From contig CM052818.1 of the NCBI GenBank assembly GCA_028534125.1, positions 25,298,001-25,362,000 of the forward strand: DNA of 64,000 nucleotides. Reading direction: 5' to 3'. Shown here piece by piece: positions 1 through 13,556 of this stretch (its first letter is position 1; each line of letters opens with the position of its first letter). Source of the stretch: Lama glama (taxonomy: Eukaryota). Made by a program: the position numbers and the translations under genes. Below the pieces are notes generated by a model that was given only the letters and a program-made list of their open reading frames with translations, did not search any database and was not told the origin of the DNA.

Positions 1-168
1 ATATATTACAGTGAGCATATAATGAAGCTCAGGGTCTACTGGAAGTCAAGTCTCCCGCCGTCTTGGGCCTCAAGGTCCGCTGGGAGTTGAATTTTCTGCC
101 ATCTTGGTCCTCACTGCTGTGTCATTCCTTTAATGGCTGTGCCCTATCCCCTTCCGTCCTGTCTCACA
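1..168 (-). mobile_element. ERV LTR terminus, truncated by the window edge
   Basis: The minus strand begins TG(TG)AGACAGGACGGAAGGGG..., resembling an LTR start. Identified by eye. Confidence 0.45.
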
Positions 169-853
169 ACTTCCACAAGTTAGATGATTAGATATTTGAT
201 GAAGCATCGTTTCTAGAAGTGAAAATTGGGTCAATCTAATTGCTTATCCTTGGGGACTAAGTAAATTATGATACATCCATGTCATAAATCCTTGGCCACT
301 GGAATATACGTATACATGTTAGTATCTGTACCTCAGGGCATAGGATGTTTCTGAAAGAGGCTGGGGAAGGTTGCCAAGGGTGAAATGGGTGGCTAAGCAG
401 GTGTGAGAGAGAATTCTTCATGGATATTCTTTTAGCTGCAGAAACTTTGAGCCATATGAATGCATTTAATTTAAAGTTAAAGGTAAATGCAGAGAGAGGG
501 AGAGAACCTGAGATTGCTCAGGGGGCAGCCACTGTAAGTTACAGCAGCTATTTTAGGGTAGCAAGATTGATTCAACACTTTTCATTCCTTGTCTATATTG
601 TTTGAGTTTTCATGATAAGCACGTATAATTTTGACAGATGTAAAAACTTCAGATTACACAGGAGAATTATACAACTATAATGAAAAAATAGTAAATCGAT
701 TTTCACTAAAACGTTTCAAAATTTTTTTCCAAGACCCCCTTTGCACTGCACTCGCTGACCATGACAAGCCCTGCCCATTCAATTTCTATTCCCAGTTCTG
801 CTCCTGAAACCCTATCCTGAGAGGTTTCATTTCCTTTTCTATTTTTTCCCCAG

Positions 854-926
854 AGTTGCTGATGGAGTGATCAAAAGTGTTTTATGGCAAACACTTCAAG
901 CTCTTAATTTCTGCCATAAACATAAT
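854..926 (+). CDS. CDKL4: CDKL4 internal coding exon (73 nt): (G)VADGVIKSVLWQTLQALNFCHKHN
   Basis: Acceptor ttttttccccag at 852-853, donor gtaagt at 927. Translation matches the CDKL4 alphaE region as I recall it. Ends in phase 0. Upstream exons lie outside the window. Confidence 0.95.
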
Positions 927-1359
927 GTAAGTAACATTTTCTGATTTATTTGCTGATTTTTTTCACCATGCATGACTCTTTTCCTGTAAATAGCTCAGGG
1001 GTCTGTTGGAGAAGCTAATGATAGAGGGAAAGTTAGAACCAGGAGAGCAAAACAAAACAAAGTTACAGAATATGACGGAAGGTCATGCATTATTCATGGC
1101 CCCTTTCCAATTTCTGTAAGAATCAAATTACTCATTCCTTATGAATTAAAAGTTTGTATAAACTTAATGTTTCCTTTTGCTGCAGTGCTAATGATGCCTA
1201 TGATTATTTTTAAATTGGGTTAAAATAAGTTTTCAGGGTATCAGTAGTGTATCTCATCATAGCACTCGATTTTGTTTTGTTTTCATGTCCCTTAAGTCTT
1301 TTATTCTATAACAGTTCTCCTTCCCCTACCTTTTTTCCCCCATCATTAATTGTTTTAGA

Positions 1360-1545
1360 GCCATGGTTGTCAAACTTGAGCATGCATCAGAATCACCTGG
1401 AGGTCTAGTTAAGACAGTTTGCTGGGCCCACCCCTGAGTTTCTGATTCCAGAGTCCTGAATGGGGCCTGAGAATGTGCATTGCTAGCATTTGCCCAGTTG
1501 AGAGTGAAGCCGCTGGCCCTAGAACCACGCTGTGACTGCTACTGT
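1360..1545. mobile_element. MER5A (hAT-Charlie MITE)
   Basis: Consensus-like caaacttgagcatgcatcagaatcacctggagg...gctgggcccacccc...gtttctgattc. Confidence 0.8.
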
Positions 1546-3404
1546 GGTACAGAAGTCACTTTGGCCGATTGCTTCCTAGTATTTCTTAAACTTGTTCTTT
1601 CACCCGTATTTACTGTCAACTGGTATTTCTCTCCAGAGGCTTGATCATACCCGGGTTCGGTTTTTTCAGACAGGAATGCTTCATGTGCACTTCTTGTTGC
1701 CTCCACATCACGAGGCATGAAATCTCTAGCTGCTTTCCTGCTATGATACTCTCAGAGTAGTGGGTTCAGGGGGTGCTCATTTGACCCTCTCCATTATCAC
1801 CTTCCCTGCCGATCGTTTACTTGATGGTTTTAGCATTCATAGACGATTATGACCTCTATCCAGTATTTTATTAGGGTTAAAAGGTGGTGATTTTCTAATT
1901 CTGTTATCCCTTCTGCATTTATTAATTGGAACTCTGTGAAGAAGAACTTACCATCATGGACTCTGGCTACTATAAAATACAGTCAGATCAATAGGTGACT
2001 ATTCCTTTTATTTGTCAGTGCTCAGAGTGACGAGCTGGTGTCCCAGCATCCGCCAAGAGTGAGCAGGGTTTGAGGGAGCTGTCGGACACCGCCATAAACT
2101 TACGGATCTTATGAACTTGATGTGTTTCAATCCTTTGCAATCATTGTTCTCTCTGATGTTCAAATTGTCCCATCTCAGGCCGGTAGAAGCTTCTTTAAAT
2201 TGGCTCCTGGGTGCTTTTGCTATGATAGTTTTTAAAAAAATAACTCTAGACCTTTTGAGTTGGTGCCTACACAAAGGCAGCGTTGAAGGAAAGATACAGA
2301 CTACCATATGGTCAATTCTGATGCCAGCAGAACATCTATCAGAGTAGTCTGGGATTGCTGAAAAATACTGTAAGATCATGGAAGTAAATTTCAATACTTA
2401 GGGAAAGCTCCCTTTGGTTTTAAGAAGGTCAGTGAATTTTGTTGTTGTTGTTAGGATAAGTCAGCAGCTTTTATTTTCTGTTGATAGAGGATAGAGAATA
2501 TTGTTCACGAGATACATAAACCTGTTTTTCATGATGCAAATTGTACTTTCAAATAATTGCTGAAGATGACCCTGAATTGAAACCACATCTCTGTTGATTT
2601 CCACCACGCTGTGAGAGGTATTCAAGTTCACCTAAGTTTGCTGCTGGATTTGTGGGTCGTTACAATGACTTTTTAAAAATTCTGTTTACCATGAGTGTTT
2701 GTACCTTATCCCTATATAGTCAGACACTTTCCCATGTACTCGATTGTAAGCTTGCATGCAATGTCTGTGGCAGATTTATCTTTGTATTTCTTTAATGCCT
2801 AGCATGGATCTTTTTATATAAAAGGTGCTCAGGAAATATTTATTGAGTAACTGGATGAATGAATGAGTCAATCAACCAACATACCTCCCTGACTATGACT
2901 TACCGTTTCCACTGGACCTAAACATTATTGTAGCTCAATGCAACCACCACCACTTCTCTGCTTGGAACAACACATTCTGTACCTTAAGCTTTAGAATATT
3001 AAAAACCTCCAATTTATAATCTATGACCTTTATTAATAATGGATAATTTTTTGGACAAACGTTATTCCTCCAAAATGGAAATCACTTCTGAACTCTGGGT
3101 ATCCCATTTTCTTACGTTATCTATGGTAAGCCTTTTTTTTCAATCTACTAGCTAAAATGCATGCAAAGGGAAAAAAATCTAGACCATAGATAAGCTGTTA
3201 CAATACTACATCTAAAACCCTTATACTCTCCTTATTTTTAAAGGAAGCGTCCTGATACTCTCAAGGACTAGGAAAGGCAGTGTGACCCTACTGTGTGGCC
3301 GAAGATTCAGAGCTTTGCACCTGTGGAGGCCATGACTGCCCTTTTAGCTCCAGAGTGGTGATCCTAACCCAGAAAGGAAGGTTAAAGTAGTAAGAGGTTA
3401 AGGC

Positions 3405-3538
3405 CTTGCTACTCAAAGTGTGGTTCATAGAGACCATCTGAGAGCTCATTAGAAATGCAGAATCTCGGGCCCATTCCAGGTCGACTGAACAGGATCTTCA
3501 AGTGATTCATGTGCACGTTAAATTTTGAGAAGCACTGG
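3405..3538. mobile_element. MER5-type MITE
   Basis: gctactcaaagtgtggt...agaaatgcagaatctcgggccc...ttttgagaagcactg. Confidence 0.7.
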
Positions 3539-5984
3539 ACTTAAGAAAATACTGACTCTATTCTTTTTCACCCTATAATGTGGCTAGAATGAGGTAACGG
3601 AAGTGACCATTCAGCATCATTTTGAGCTCATGGATTTTCATATATTTGGTGTATTGATTAGACAGAAAGAACTTCATGTCAAAATGATAAAACTACAGTG
3701 GCTTCCAAGATACAGACGATGTGTCTGGCCGTGCAACCATTGTCATCTTGTTGATGGTTCTGGTTGTCAAAAAAGAGATTTCCTTCCCTTCTCGTTGCTG
3801 TGTGAGTATCCATCCATAAGGTTCAAAGGACAGCCTTCTCAGGCGTTCAGTCAGGCTGTGTAAAGAAGCAGCTTCTGGTGGGGAAGTTTCCGGAGATGAT
3901 TCTTAAAATTAAAGGATGGGCACCTCTTCTTGCTGGCTTGTAAAATTATAAAAATGAGATTGTACACCAGCCCCAATGACCCAACTTGAGCATTGTTTGC
4001 TGAAAGCTGTGCTTGAAACCCAAATTTATTAAAATGTTTCAGTTACCTTGACTTGCAGGTTCCCTGTTCTTTGGTGGAAAATAAGCTGATTGCAGGAGGC
4101 ACTGCAGAGTTTGCACTGACTGCAGCTTTGCAGTGGAGAAAGTGAAGCCTGTGTGTCTGAGCATCGTCTGTTCTCCATGCTCTGTTTCTTACTTCCCCAG
4201 TGATTTTTACTCTCTTTTTCTTTTTTCAGTACTCCATCCATCCCTCTTTATCAGTAGCTCTCCTACCTGCAGCTACACGAATAATTTTTTCTATTTCTAT
4301 AGGACTTCATTTGCCTTTGTATGTTTTGGTTGGAAAGTAAGTAGCTGTGAGTTTCCCATGGATTTGCGCACTTAAATAGGTCAGTAGACGGGTATCAGTG
4401 TAAGTCCATTTGCTTGGTAGTCGCCACACACAGTCCAGGAGTTTTAGGATTTGACGCAGACTCATCTGAGGGTTATAACCTTCCCTTATTCAGTCAGTAT
4501 CACAGGTGAGTCTAACTCAGAGTGTCAATCCAGTTTTCATCAATGTGTTGCCTAAAAGGTAGGATCAAAACTGTGTTGGTTTATATTACAACAGTGTATT
4601 TTTTAAAATTAATATCTAGGGCCTTGGGCCTCTGAAGAGGCCTAAAAAGCTTTCTTCTAACTGCCGGTTGTGCAAATTACGAAACAGTGGCAGTAATGAG
4701 AGTAAATACAAAGAAGCTTCTAGTACCAGTGCCATTTCTGTGACCCAAAATGAATGTAGGGTTTAACATGTTCTCTTCCTAGATAGCTATTATAGAAACA
4801 AAGAAAAAAAAAGATTTCAAAACTGTCAGTTTGATGGGGACCCTTAAAGGGACTGACGCCAAAGCAGAGAGGTGAGGCACAAGGAACTGGTGGTTGTGCT
4901 ACTTAATCCAGAGACTGTCAGTGGCCACCTGCAATCACAGGGTTGCTTCAAGGATGAATTAATTCCTGTGAAAGTGGTGTGAAAGGTGCAGAGCTCCCTG
5001 TGAGGACTGAGCTGTAGGAGAGCAACAGCCTTTTCATCTGTTTGCTTGTTGGGAGGATAAAGTGGAAAGCTGACGTTCTGAAGACTAGGGCCCGGGTTGC
5101 TTTCTCCCAGGGCATCGCAGCATGGAAGAGCTGCTCGTGGAGTAACAGTGGTAGGGTGCACCCAGCCCGCCTCCATCCACACCCCCAGCTTGGCTCTCTC
5201 ACGTCCAGCTGGCAGCATCTGCCTCACTCAGGGTGGCAGGATGATGCAGGGAGCCGTAAGGTCTCTCAGCACAGGAAACTCAGGTGAGAATGCCTCCCAG
5301 CGGTGACCTGCTCTCCCAGGAGCGACTCCAGCAGCATCGTGCGCTCACGTCTCAAGAGAGCTCTTAACCATCCCGGATCGGCTCCCTTTGGAGGGTCCTC
5401 ATCTGCGGAGGCTGAAGGCTTCGGTATCTCTTGTTAAGAGGTGACCACACATGCCGGCTTACCTGGGTTGGTTGTGGTCTGTTGTCCTGGCGTAGTAATT
5501 GATAGCGCTCAACTATCACACATCCTGACTGGATGATAAATAAGATGGTCACTCTAATGAATTTGCTTTTGGTTGTCACCAGAATGTTTTTCCAGTATCT
5601 CAAATCTGCAGTACTCACTCACGCAGCCTGAATCATGATTCTTGGGTGGCAGCAGTTCGGTTAGAGGCACACTGAGGGTGATCTCATTCAGAGTTTTACC
5701 TCTTACTATTTAAGTGGGGCCTAGTAAAAAGTGGAAGAAATGATTATATAATTCTCCCTTCTCAAGAGAAAAATTCCTATCCAATAATTATTTTAATTTC
5801 TTCCCTAAAGGAGTAACTGTTTTTTCCTTTTGGTATGACAAGATTTTCAAGAGAAAAATGGCCAATTTAAGTTTTTTGAAAAGTGAAGGAAAGCTGTATT
5901 TACATTTATGTCTATCACAGGCTGTGTTTAAACTAATCATTAATGTTTATTATGCTTTGTTGTTCTGGTGGCTCAGGGAAATAA

Positions 5985-6098
<114 letters not shown>

Positions 6099-6831
6099 TA
6101 GCAATTTTTTTTACTAACTCATCCAATTCAGATGATTATGAAATGATACAGTTTAAATTCTCACTTTAGAAATTGAATGTATGCTAATTGTTATATTGTT
6201 ATTATTCAAAAAGGAAAATGTCCCTTTAACCTTTTAGCCAGTACATTAGTTTCCACTTCAACTGCATCCAATCAACTACAGTTTATTAGATGTCACATTT
6301 GTGTGCTTTGCCCTGAAGGAAAGGAAAAGAAATACAAGATGCATTTCTGGTCTTCATGCACTTATAAGCCAAAGTAAAAGAAACAGAAGAATAATACAAG
6401 ACGATTGGCAGTAAAGTACTAAAGTGAAGGTGCTGATAGTTCCCTCGAGGGAGAGATTAATATGGTCTAGAGTGGTGGGGAAAAGCCTCATGGAGCTGGT
6501 GAGACCAGGAGAGTGAACTGAAAACTGCAGAGACGGTTCAGAGACAGGGCTGAGAAAAAAGAAGTCATCCCAGACAGGGAGGAACCAAAGGGAAAGGGGG
6601 ACAAATAATGATTTCTCCCTGAATCTGGAACTGTGCCACGGGCAAAAACATGCATTAACAACACATACATTGCATGGCGGGTGTGCACATAACCACAGGT
6701 GACTTGACATTGCATTTGGAGCTGGTTTACATCAAGTTACACTCCAGAAATTCTCGTTACCTCCCCCTTCCTACCCATCTGTGTTTGGGACTATATAGAT
6801 GTTAACTAGCTAAGGTACCTTTGAAAGCTGA

Positions 6832-7003
6832 ATTATTTTTAACTGAAGTGTAGTTGATTTACAATACTATATTAGTTTCAGGTACACAGCATAGTAATTC
6901 AGCATTTTTGTAGATTATACTCCATTTTAGGTTATTACAAGATAATGGGTATAATTCCCTGGGCTGTGCAGTGAATCCTTGTTGCTTATCTATTTTATAT
7001 ATA
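6832..7003 (-). mobile_element. L1 3' end fragment (cetartiodactyl type)
   Basis: T-rich tail followed by gaagtgtagttgatttacaat...ttagtttcaggtacacagcatagt, the reverse of an L1 3' UTR. Confidence 0.75.
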
Positions 7004-7165
7004 GCACAGAAGGTGAATTTATTATCTGATTGCGCAGTGTAACTGTTTACTCGATTAGTGCCGCAGTACATTAACTGTTAGGAGTATCATGGCTTCTGAA
7101 TTATTGACGCTTGTCTGAATGCCTGACGTGCCCTTGGGAGTAGTTCCTCCGATGGGAGACTGTGA

Positions 7166-7453
<288 letters not shown>

Positions 7454-7749
7454 TAATGAACAGTAAGAGCTTTCTTGCGTCTCAGGTGCTACCCCGGGTG
7501 GTGGTTCTGGGCTGTAGCCGAAGCCCAACCCTATTCTCACTATGTAGAGCCCTGACTCCTCTCAGTGAGGAGTTTTCAGGTGCCTTTCCAGGTCGAGTCA
7601 CTTAGCCGTGGACTAAATTAAACTCTACATTCACTCTCTGCTTCAGGCTAGGCGAGGGCTAAGGTTGAGTCAGCTGCATAGCGCTTACTCTAAAGATATT
7701 TAATCAAATGCAGCTCCTGTCCACTATGAAAGAGGGCCCCCACCTCTAG

Positions 7750-7845
7750 AGCAGGGATCAGCCAGCTTTTTCTGCAAAGGGCTAAATGGTAGATATTTTA
7801 GGTTTTGCAGGCAGTACAGCCTCTGTTGCAACTCAACTCTGCTTC
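7750..7845. mobile_element. MER58-like fragment
   Basis: cagggatcagcca...tttttctgcaaagggc...tattttaggttttgcagg...caactctgc. Confidence 0.65.
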
Positions 7846-7879
7846 TTTGTACTTTACAAATTATAAGAATTGACAGATT

Positions 7880-8065
7880 ATACTTTCACACACACCATCT
7901 CTTTCAGTCTTAAGAAAAGCGCATTAAGGACATTATAGCATTTTTCATTGTGCCGATTTTACAGATGAGGAAACTAAGGCTCTGGGAGCTTCCATGAGTA
8001 CCTAAAGTCATACAACCAGTTAAGTGCAGAATAAGAATAAACTCAAAGTGTCTCTCTTGAGCTTT
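7880..8065 (-). mobile_element. MIR SINE
   Basis: Core ttttacagatgaggaaactaaggct. Confidence 0.65.
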
Positions 8066-8414
8066 CATCACGTGTCAGCATCCTGGGCAGTTGTCCACTT
8101 TCACCCAGTTGGGGGAGAACGTAACCCAAAGATCAGCAGCAGCTTTACACCCGCAGCACGAATGGACACAAAGCGATCATCCACCCACAGGAGGAGTGTT
8201 TATTAATTCTTCCTCTTGCCTCTCCTGGTAGCCTGGCTGCTGGGCAAGGGAGCTACTGCTGTCTGGTGTGATGCAATTCCCTGTTTTGTTCTAACATATT
8301 TTTCTGGAGAATCCTGTGGCATGAAAAACGTGGGGTGGGGTACCACTGCAGGCCACACCTGAAGCTTACATCGTTTAATTGGCTTCCTACGGGGATGGTG
8401 GAAATTCACATTAG

Positions 8415-8580
8415 GCAGATAGTAGACGGCCCTGAGTTTGAATCCTGGGTCTGTCACGTTATGATCGTGTGACTTTAGACAGGTCATTAAATCTCTGAGC
8501 CTCATTCTCTCACTAGGACAGTGGAGATGAAAAACAGCAGCTATTGTGAGATGGTTAGGAGATTAAGTGAGACCCTGTGG
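8415..8580 (+). mobile_element. MIR SINE
   Basis: tttgaatcctgggtct...gtgactttagacagg...tctctgagcctca. Confidence 0.7.
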
Positions 8581-8812
8581 GTGAAGCCCTCCGCACCACT
8601 TCCTCACCCCCTCTTTTGGTGGTGGCTGAATGGCAGACCAAGCCACATGTGGCAAAGAGGGCTCTTTGGGAACACTGATCTGACCTGAGAAGGCTTTTTT
8701 TTTTTTTTTTTTTTTTTGCAACGACCTGTTCCTCCCAGATCTGGAGGGAATGAGCAGGCTCAGTATTTCTCTCACATCTGGGCTTCAGAAGTTAATCATT
8801 TAAGGGCTGTGA

Positions 8813-9076
<264 letters not shown>

Positions 9077-10373
9077 TAAAAACTGCATAAAATGAAGCAG
9101 GAGAATGCTTTAAAAGTTTACTTGCCCTATCTGTTCAAAGACCCATTTTAAATTTAAAGTGAGAGTATACTTAGTTCCTGCATAAATACCTTGATCCTTT
9201 GAGTCAAAACACTCAGGTGTCTTCCCCTGAAATAGTTATGAAATAATAACTTTCTCATAAACAGTAGTTACCATAGTCTATTTTGAAGGAAATGCATTCT
9301 CTCTTTTCTTTTTTACATTCTGTATTTTTTTTCAGCTTCTGAAACAAACTTCAAATCAACAAAAGCCGTTTCTTCACAACATGTACTTTCACTCTGAAGG
9401 TTATTCCACAAAATGATCCTCATTGTATCCTAATCAAAGCTTCAGACCCCAGTGATCACCTCGACACTCTTGCCTTTCTTTGGGAATCTGTCAGTGGCCA
9501 TTTGACCCTCTTATGCTCTGTAGTCATTGATTTCCTGTCTGTTTCACCTCAGTTCGGGCTATGATCTTTAAACCCCATGGTCTAGATTCTGCCTACAGAG
9601 CTGTCAGGAAAGGTGCGTGCCCAGCTCAGGCTGTGCTAGAGACAAGAGCAGTGCAGGGATGGGGAAAGTCTGTGAGGCCACGACGTGATTTACGGCATAT
9701 GTGATCAGTCGGGTTCAAAAGGTCCCGACTGTCTCTAGACACCGTGTTCATTTAAAATTTATTTCATAGAACACCTTGATTTATATCCTAGACTTTTTAA
9801 AATTATATTTGTTAAAGCTTTTAACAAATATTGCAAAAAAAAAGGTTAAAAATTGAATGACAAGGCTAGAGGTTGAATTAGAAAAGAATATTTATATAAC
9901 ATGTTTAATTTAAAGACTAAAATACAACCAGATCACACGTACTTGCTGCCTCGTCAGGCTTCCTGCTTTCCATATACTCCTCGATCCCATCCTCTTCCCT
10001 CCTTACTATTTTGAATTTTATGTTTATCATTCTGTTGTTTCCTGTAGTGCTCCTCTACGTGCAGTTCACTGTATTTTTATTCATGTCCCAGGCATGCCTG
10101 TAAGTAGATATTACAGTACTGATGTAGGATTTCAGAACATGGAAAGAGCACTTACCAAGCATCAATTGTAAGACATTGTGAAACTAAGAAAATAAGTCCA
10201 GTTTTTCCCTTTCTCATTACACTATCGTGTAAAAGTATGATTTTAAAAATCTTTCAGAGGAATTAGCTAACTCACTAGGGGCTCTTTCACCAAAATGTTC
10301 TTAATCCTAATATAGTCAAAATATACATTACTTTGATGTTATGTAACACTGAAATACTTTGGGTTTTTTTTAG

Positions 10374-10430
10374 GAAACTCTTGAAGAAAAGTTCTCAGAT
10401 GCTCATCCTGTGGCTTTGAATTTCATGAAG
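10374..10430 (+). CDS. CDKL4: CDKL4 coding exon (57 nt): ETLEEKFSDAHPVALNFMK
   Basis: Acceptor ttttttttag, donor gtacct at 10431. Phase 0 to 0. Confidence 0.95.
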
Positions 10431-10784
10431 GTACCTAAGAATCAATTATGACCATTACTGACTGCAAATCATAATGACTGAAGCGGGCAACTCTGGGAGG
10501 GGTGGACAGTAGGACAAATATTGCCAAGGTAGAATGTAGTCATTGAAACTGTTAAGGAACTGTAAAATAATTACAGTTAAAGGGACATCTGTGGTTTAAG
10601 CAGTAATCTTCCTGACATATCCATTAAAATTAGGAGAAGATGAAAGAGTATAATTAGGGTTTGCTGTGATGAATACCATACCTCTTTTGCATTCCTTAGG
10701 AAATTTGACTGATAAGTCAGTATATTCAGACTATGGAAATCTATGAGGATGAATGAACTCCTTCTTAAATTTGAAGGTCAAGAA

Positions 10785-10980
10785 CTGTGCTGTCCAATAT
10801 GGTAGCCACTGGCTACATGTTACCAATGAGCACTTGAAATAAGACTAATTAGAATCGAGATGTACTAGATTTCTATGATAATTACTTTAAAAGGATACAA
10901 AGTATTTCATTAATTTTTTTAAATATTACATGTTGAACTGATAACATTTTAGATACACGGCGTTAAATAAAATGTTGAAC
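10785..10980. mobile_element. MER3/MER33-like hAT element
   Basis: gtgctgtccaatatggtagccact...gagcacttgaaat. Confidence 0.65.
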
Positions 10981-11814
10981 TCATTTAAAAAATTAGAAAA
11001 TCAGGCAAAATCAGAGCCATGCAGACACCAGAGATAGCCCCTCTACCAGGGCCAAAAAAGATAGTCAAATAAAGGACAAATTCTAGTAAAAAGCAGAAGA
11101 AGCTCATCTGTGACCAGTCTGCCATTCATGTTTGACCAACCGAGGCCATGCTAGAAAGTGTGACTCCTGCATTCAGCGTGGCTGCTGAAAGCCTTTAGTG
11201 GGATAGCGATGGAGACACTAGTAAGTGTATCTATCTTTAACAACCGATTAAGCTGTATTTATAGCAGTGGCTTCCATGTCATGCATCAGAATGACTGCTC
11301 ATCAGAATGAGCTTTTTAAAAATACACATTCCAATAAATAACCTAAGATTTACAGAAGCAGAATCTCTATGAATAGAACCTTGGAATTTGTATCTTTAAG
11401 TCTCCCCCTAGGTGATTATGATAAGGAGCCCAGTTTGAAAGTTGTCTGATCTAGAGAGTGGAGCCATCTGGATGACCTAGAGTCACCTTTGTAGACCAGC
11501 CTTTGTGCTAGTGCTGGTCACTGCCCAGGTGCTATCCAGGGTGCTGGATTCCTTCAGTCTGGGTCCTCCTGCGACTCAGAGCCCAATCTGTGAGCCCTCA
11601 GACTGCCCTCACCACTGCTCCACTGGACCTCATCTGCCTTCTACCTGTCTCGCTGTTCTGCCCTGTCCTAACCCAGCACTCTTCAGACCCTGTCCTGGAA
11701 GTCTAATTCTCCAGCCTTGTTCTAGACAGGTTGTTCTGACCCACTTGCAATTTAGCAGGACCCCCAAATGGTGGGGGAGGATATGTCAAGCACTACAAAC
11801 CCAGTCCATTCTCA

Positions 11815-11990
11815 GGTGACTTCTCAAACTTGAGCAGTTGTAGGTGCACCCAGGAGGCTTGTTAAAATGCAGATTGCCAGGCCCCACCCCAGTGCTTTTG
11901 ATTCAGTAGGTCTGGCGTTGGACCAGAGAATTTGCATTTCTAGCAAGTTCCAGGTGATGCTGATGTAGCTGGTCCAGGGACCACATTCTG
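11815..11990. mobile_element. MER5A
   Basis: ttctcaaacttgagc...gcttgttaaaatgcagattgcc...gattcagtaggtctgg...aatttgcatttctagcaagttcc. Confidence 0.8.
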
Positions 11991-12293
11991 TAGAGTCCTA
12001 CAAACGATCTGCTTTGACATGTGATGAAGAGATGTCATTGGTGAAACACACTTGTTCTACGTTTACCCGCTTTGTGACATCCAAATTTCATCAAGTCTTC
12101 CCTCAAAAGACTTTGAAGTGCCAAAAAAAGAGCAATTCTAGTCATTAACAAGTTCTAAGTACTGGTAATATACAGACTTGAGGTTTTTCTAAACTCATAT
12201 TTACTCTATCAAGTTATTTTTCAGAGTTTTGGGGCACAGTAACAAAATAGGCCCCTCTTTTAATATCTTCTTGGCTCTTCTCTTCTTCCAAAG

Positions 12294-12428
12294 GACTGTC
12301 TGAAGATGAATCCAGATGACAGGTTAACCTGTGCCCAACTCCTAGAGAGCCCCTACTTTGATTCTTTTCGAGAGGACCAAATGAAAAGAAAAGCACGTAA
12401 TGAAGGAAGAAACAGAAGGCGTCAGCAG
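12294..12428 (+). CDS. CDKL4: CDKL4 coding exon (135 nt): [45 protein letters not shown]
   Basis: Pyrimidine tract followed by an AAG acceptor, donor gtacct at 12429. Encodes the end of the kinase domain (subdomain XI Arg) and a basic cluster. Confidence 0.95.
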
Positions 12429-12554
12429 GTACCTCCATTCAAAAGTTAAAATGCTGTAAAAAAGATTCTTTTTTTCCTCCTCAACTTTCAAAGCGAGACT
12501 AGGTGGACACCAAGACATTTTTCTTTGCACTGGTTAAGTTGTATTTGTTTAGCT

Positions 12555-12582
12555 AATAAATATTGGTAACTGATGTAATAAA
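12555..12582 (+). terminator. Tandem intronic AATAAA signals (12555, 12577) after the read-through stop
   Basis: Two AATAAA hexamers about 105-130 nt downstream of the in-frame TAA at 12447-12449. Confidence 0.45.
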
Positions 12583-12854
12583 ACCATAAAACTATGAAAA
12601 TACCCAGATTGTTGCAAAATCTTATTCCAAATACACTTGAATCAAGTTATCGTGCAACTCTTTTGTTACACGGATTGGATATTCCCCACCAGGTCATGTA
12701 CCCAAAACACAATAGCTTCATACAGTTAAACCCTGATTACAGCAGAACTGAGTTTGAATCCTAGTACCTTTCTGTAGCCTGCAGATGCACAATAAAGGGA
12801 ATTTGACTCTTCTGTTTCTTGCACCCATGGCTAACCTACATCTGCCTTTCCCAG

Positions 12855-12965
12855 ACTTTCCCTGGAAGCCAAGGATGTGCTCTGGCCAGATACAATGGGA
12901 TGAATCAAATACTACCCGAGAACCAAATCCTGTCCCAAAATGTGCCAATATTGCAGACTGATATG
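12855..12965 (+). CDS. CDKL4: Candidate CDKL4 cassette exon (111 nt, 37 aa, phase 0-0): TFPGSQGCALARYNGMNQILPENQILSQNVPILQTDM
   Basis: CTAAC branch point at 12831-12835, pyrimidine tract and CAG at 12852-12854, ATG|GTGAAT donor at 12966, open in the CDKL4 frame. No transcript evidence available. Confidence 0.4.
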
Positions 12966-13074
12966 GTGAATATAAAGGCAAACGTTGATCCTGTAGCTGA
13001 TTAGGTGACGACCCTTTACTTGCTTTCAGAAAACTTTGAAGTTAGAACATAAACTCCATGGAAGTAGGCTTCTT

Positions 13075-13198
13075 TGGGGGGTTTTTTTGGGGGGGGAAAT
13101 TGGGGTTTTATTTTTTAATGGAGGTACTGGTCATTGAACCCAGGACCATGTGCATGCTAAGCACGCACTGTACCACTGAGTTATACCCTCCTCCTCCC
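13075..13198 (-). mobile_element. Camelid tRNA-Ala-derived SINE (Vic-1-like)
   Basis: The reverse strand reads gggtataactcagtggtacagtgcgtgcttagcatgcac...ctgggttcaat, with A and B boxes and an A-rich tail. Confidence 0.8.
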
Positions 13199-13403
13199 TG
13201 GTTTCTTTGGGTTTGTTTTTTTCCCCCTCACCTGTATTTCCAGCACCTGAAACAATATGCCACATCAAAGGTACTTAGTAAATTTTATCCAAATAAATAA
13301 ATAGATGAACATGGCTTATTAATAAGCCAGAATGGTAATTTTCCATTTTTCAGAGACTGACAATCATCACATTTTGCATTGGCTTAATCTTCCTTCCATC
13401 TTT

Positions 13404-13556
13404 TTTTTAAATTATTTATTTATTTATTTTAATTTGGGAGGGAAGGTAATTAGGGTTGCTTATTTATTTATGTTTAGAGGAGGTACTGGGGATTGAACCC
13501 AGGACGCTGAGTATGTTAAGCATGTCCTCTACCACTTGAGCTGTACCTTCTCCCCC
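13404..13556 (-). mobile_element. Camelid tRNA-Ala-derived SINE with 16-bp TSD
   Basis: TSD tcttccttccatcttt at 13388-13403 and 13557-13572, tRNA-like head and (TAAA)n tail on the minus strand. Confidence 0.88.

Noticed and set aside
4844..5618. Cluster of overlapping ORFs and mild CpG enrichment in a CDKL4 intron
   Set aside because: No recognisable protein similarity, and no convincing frame-compatible splice sites found by eye.
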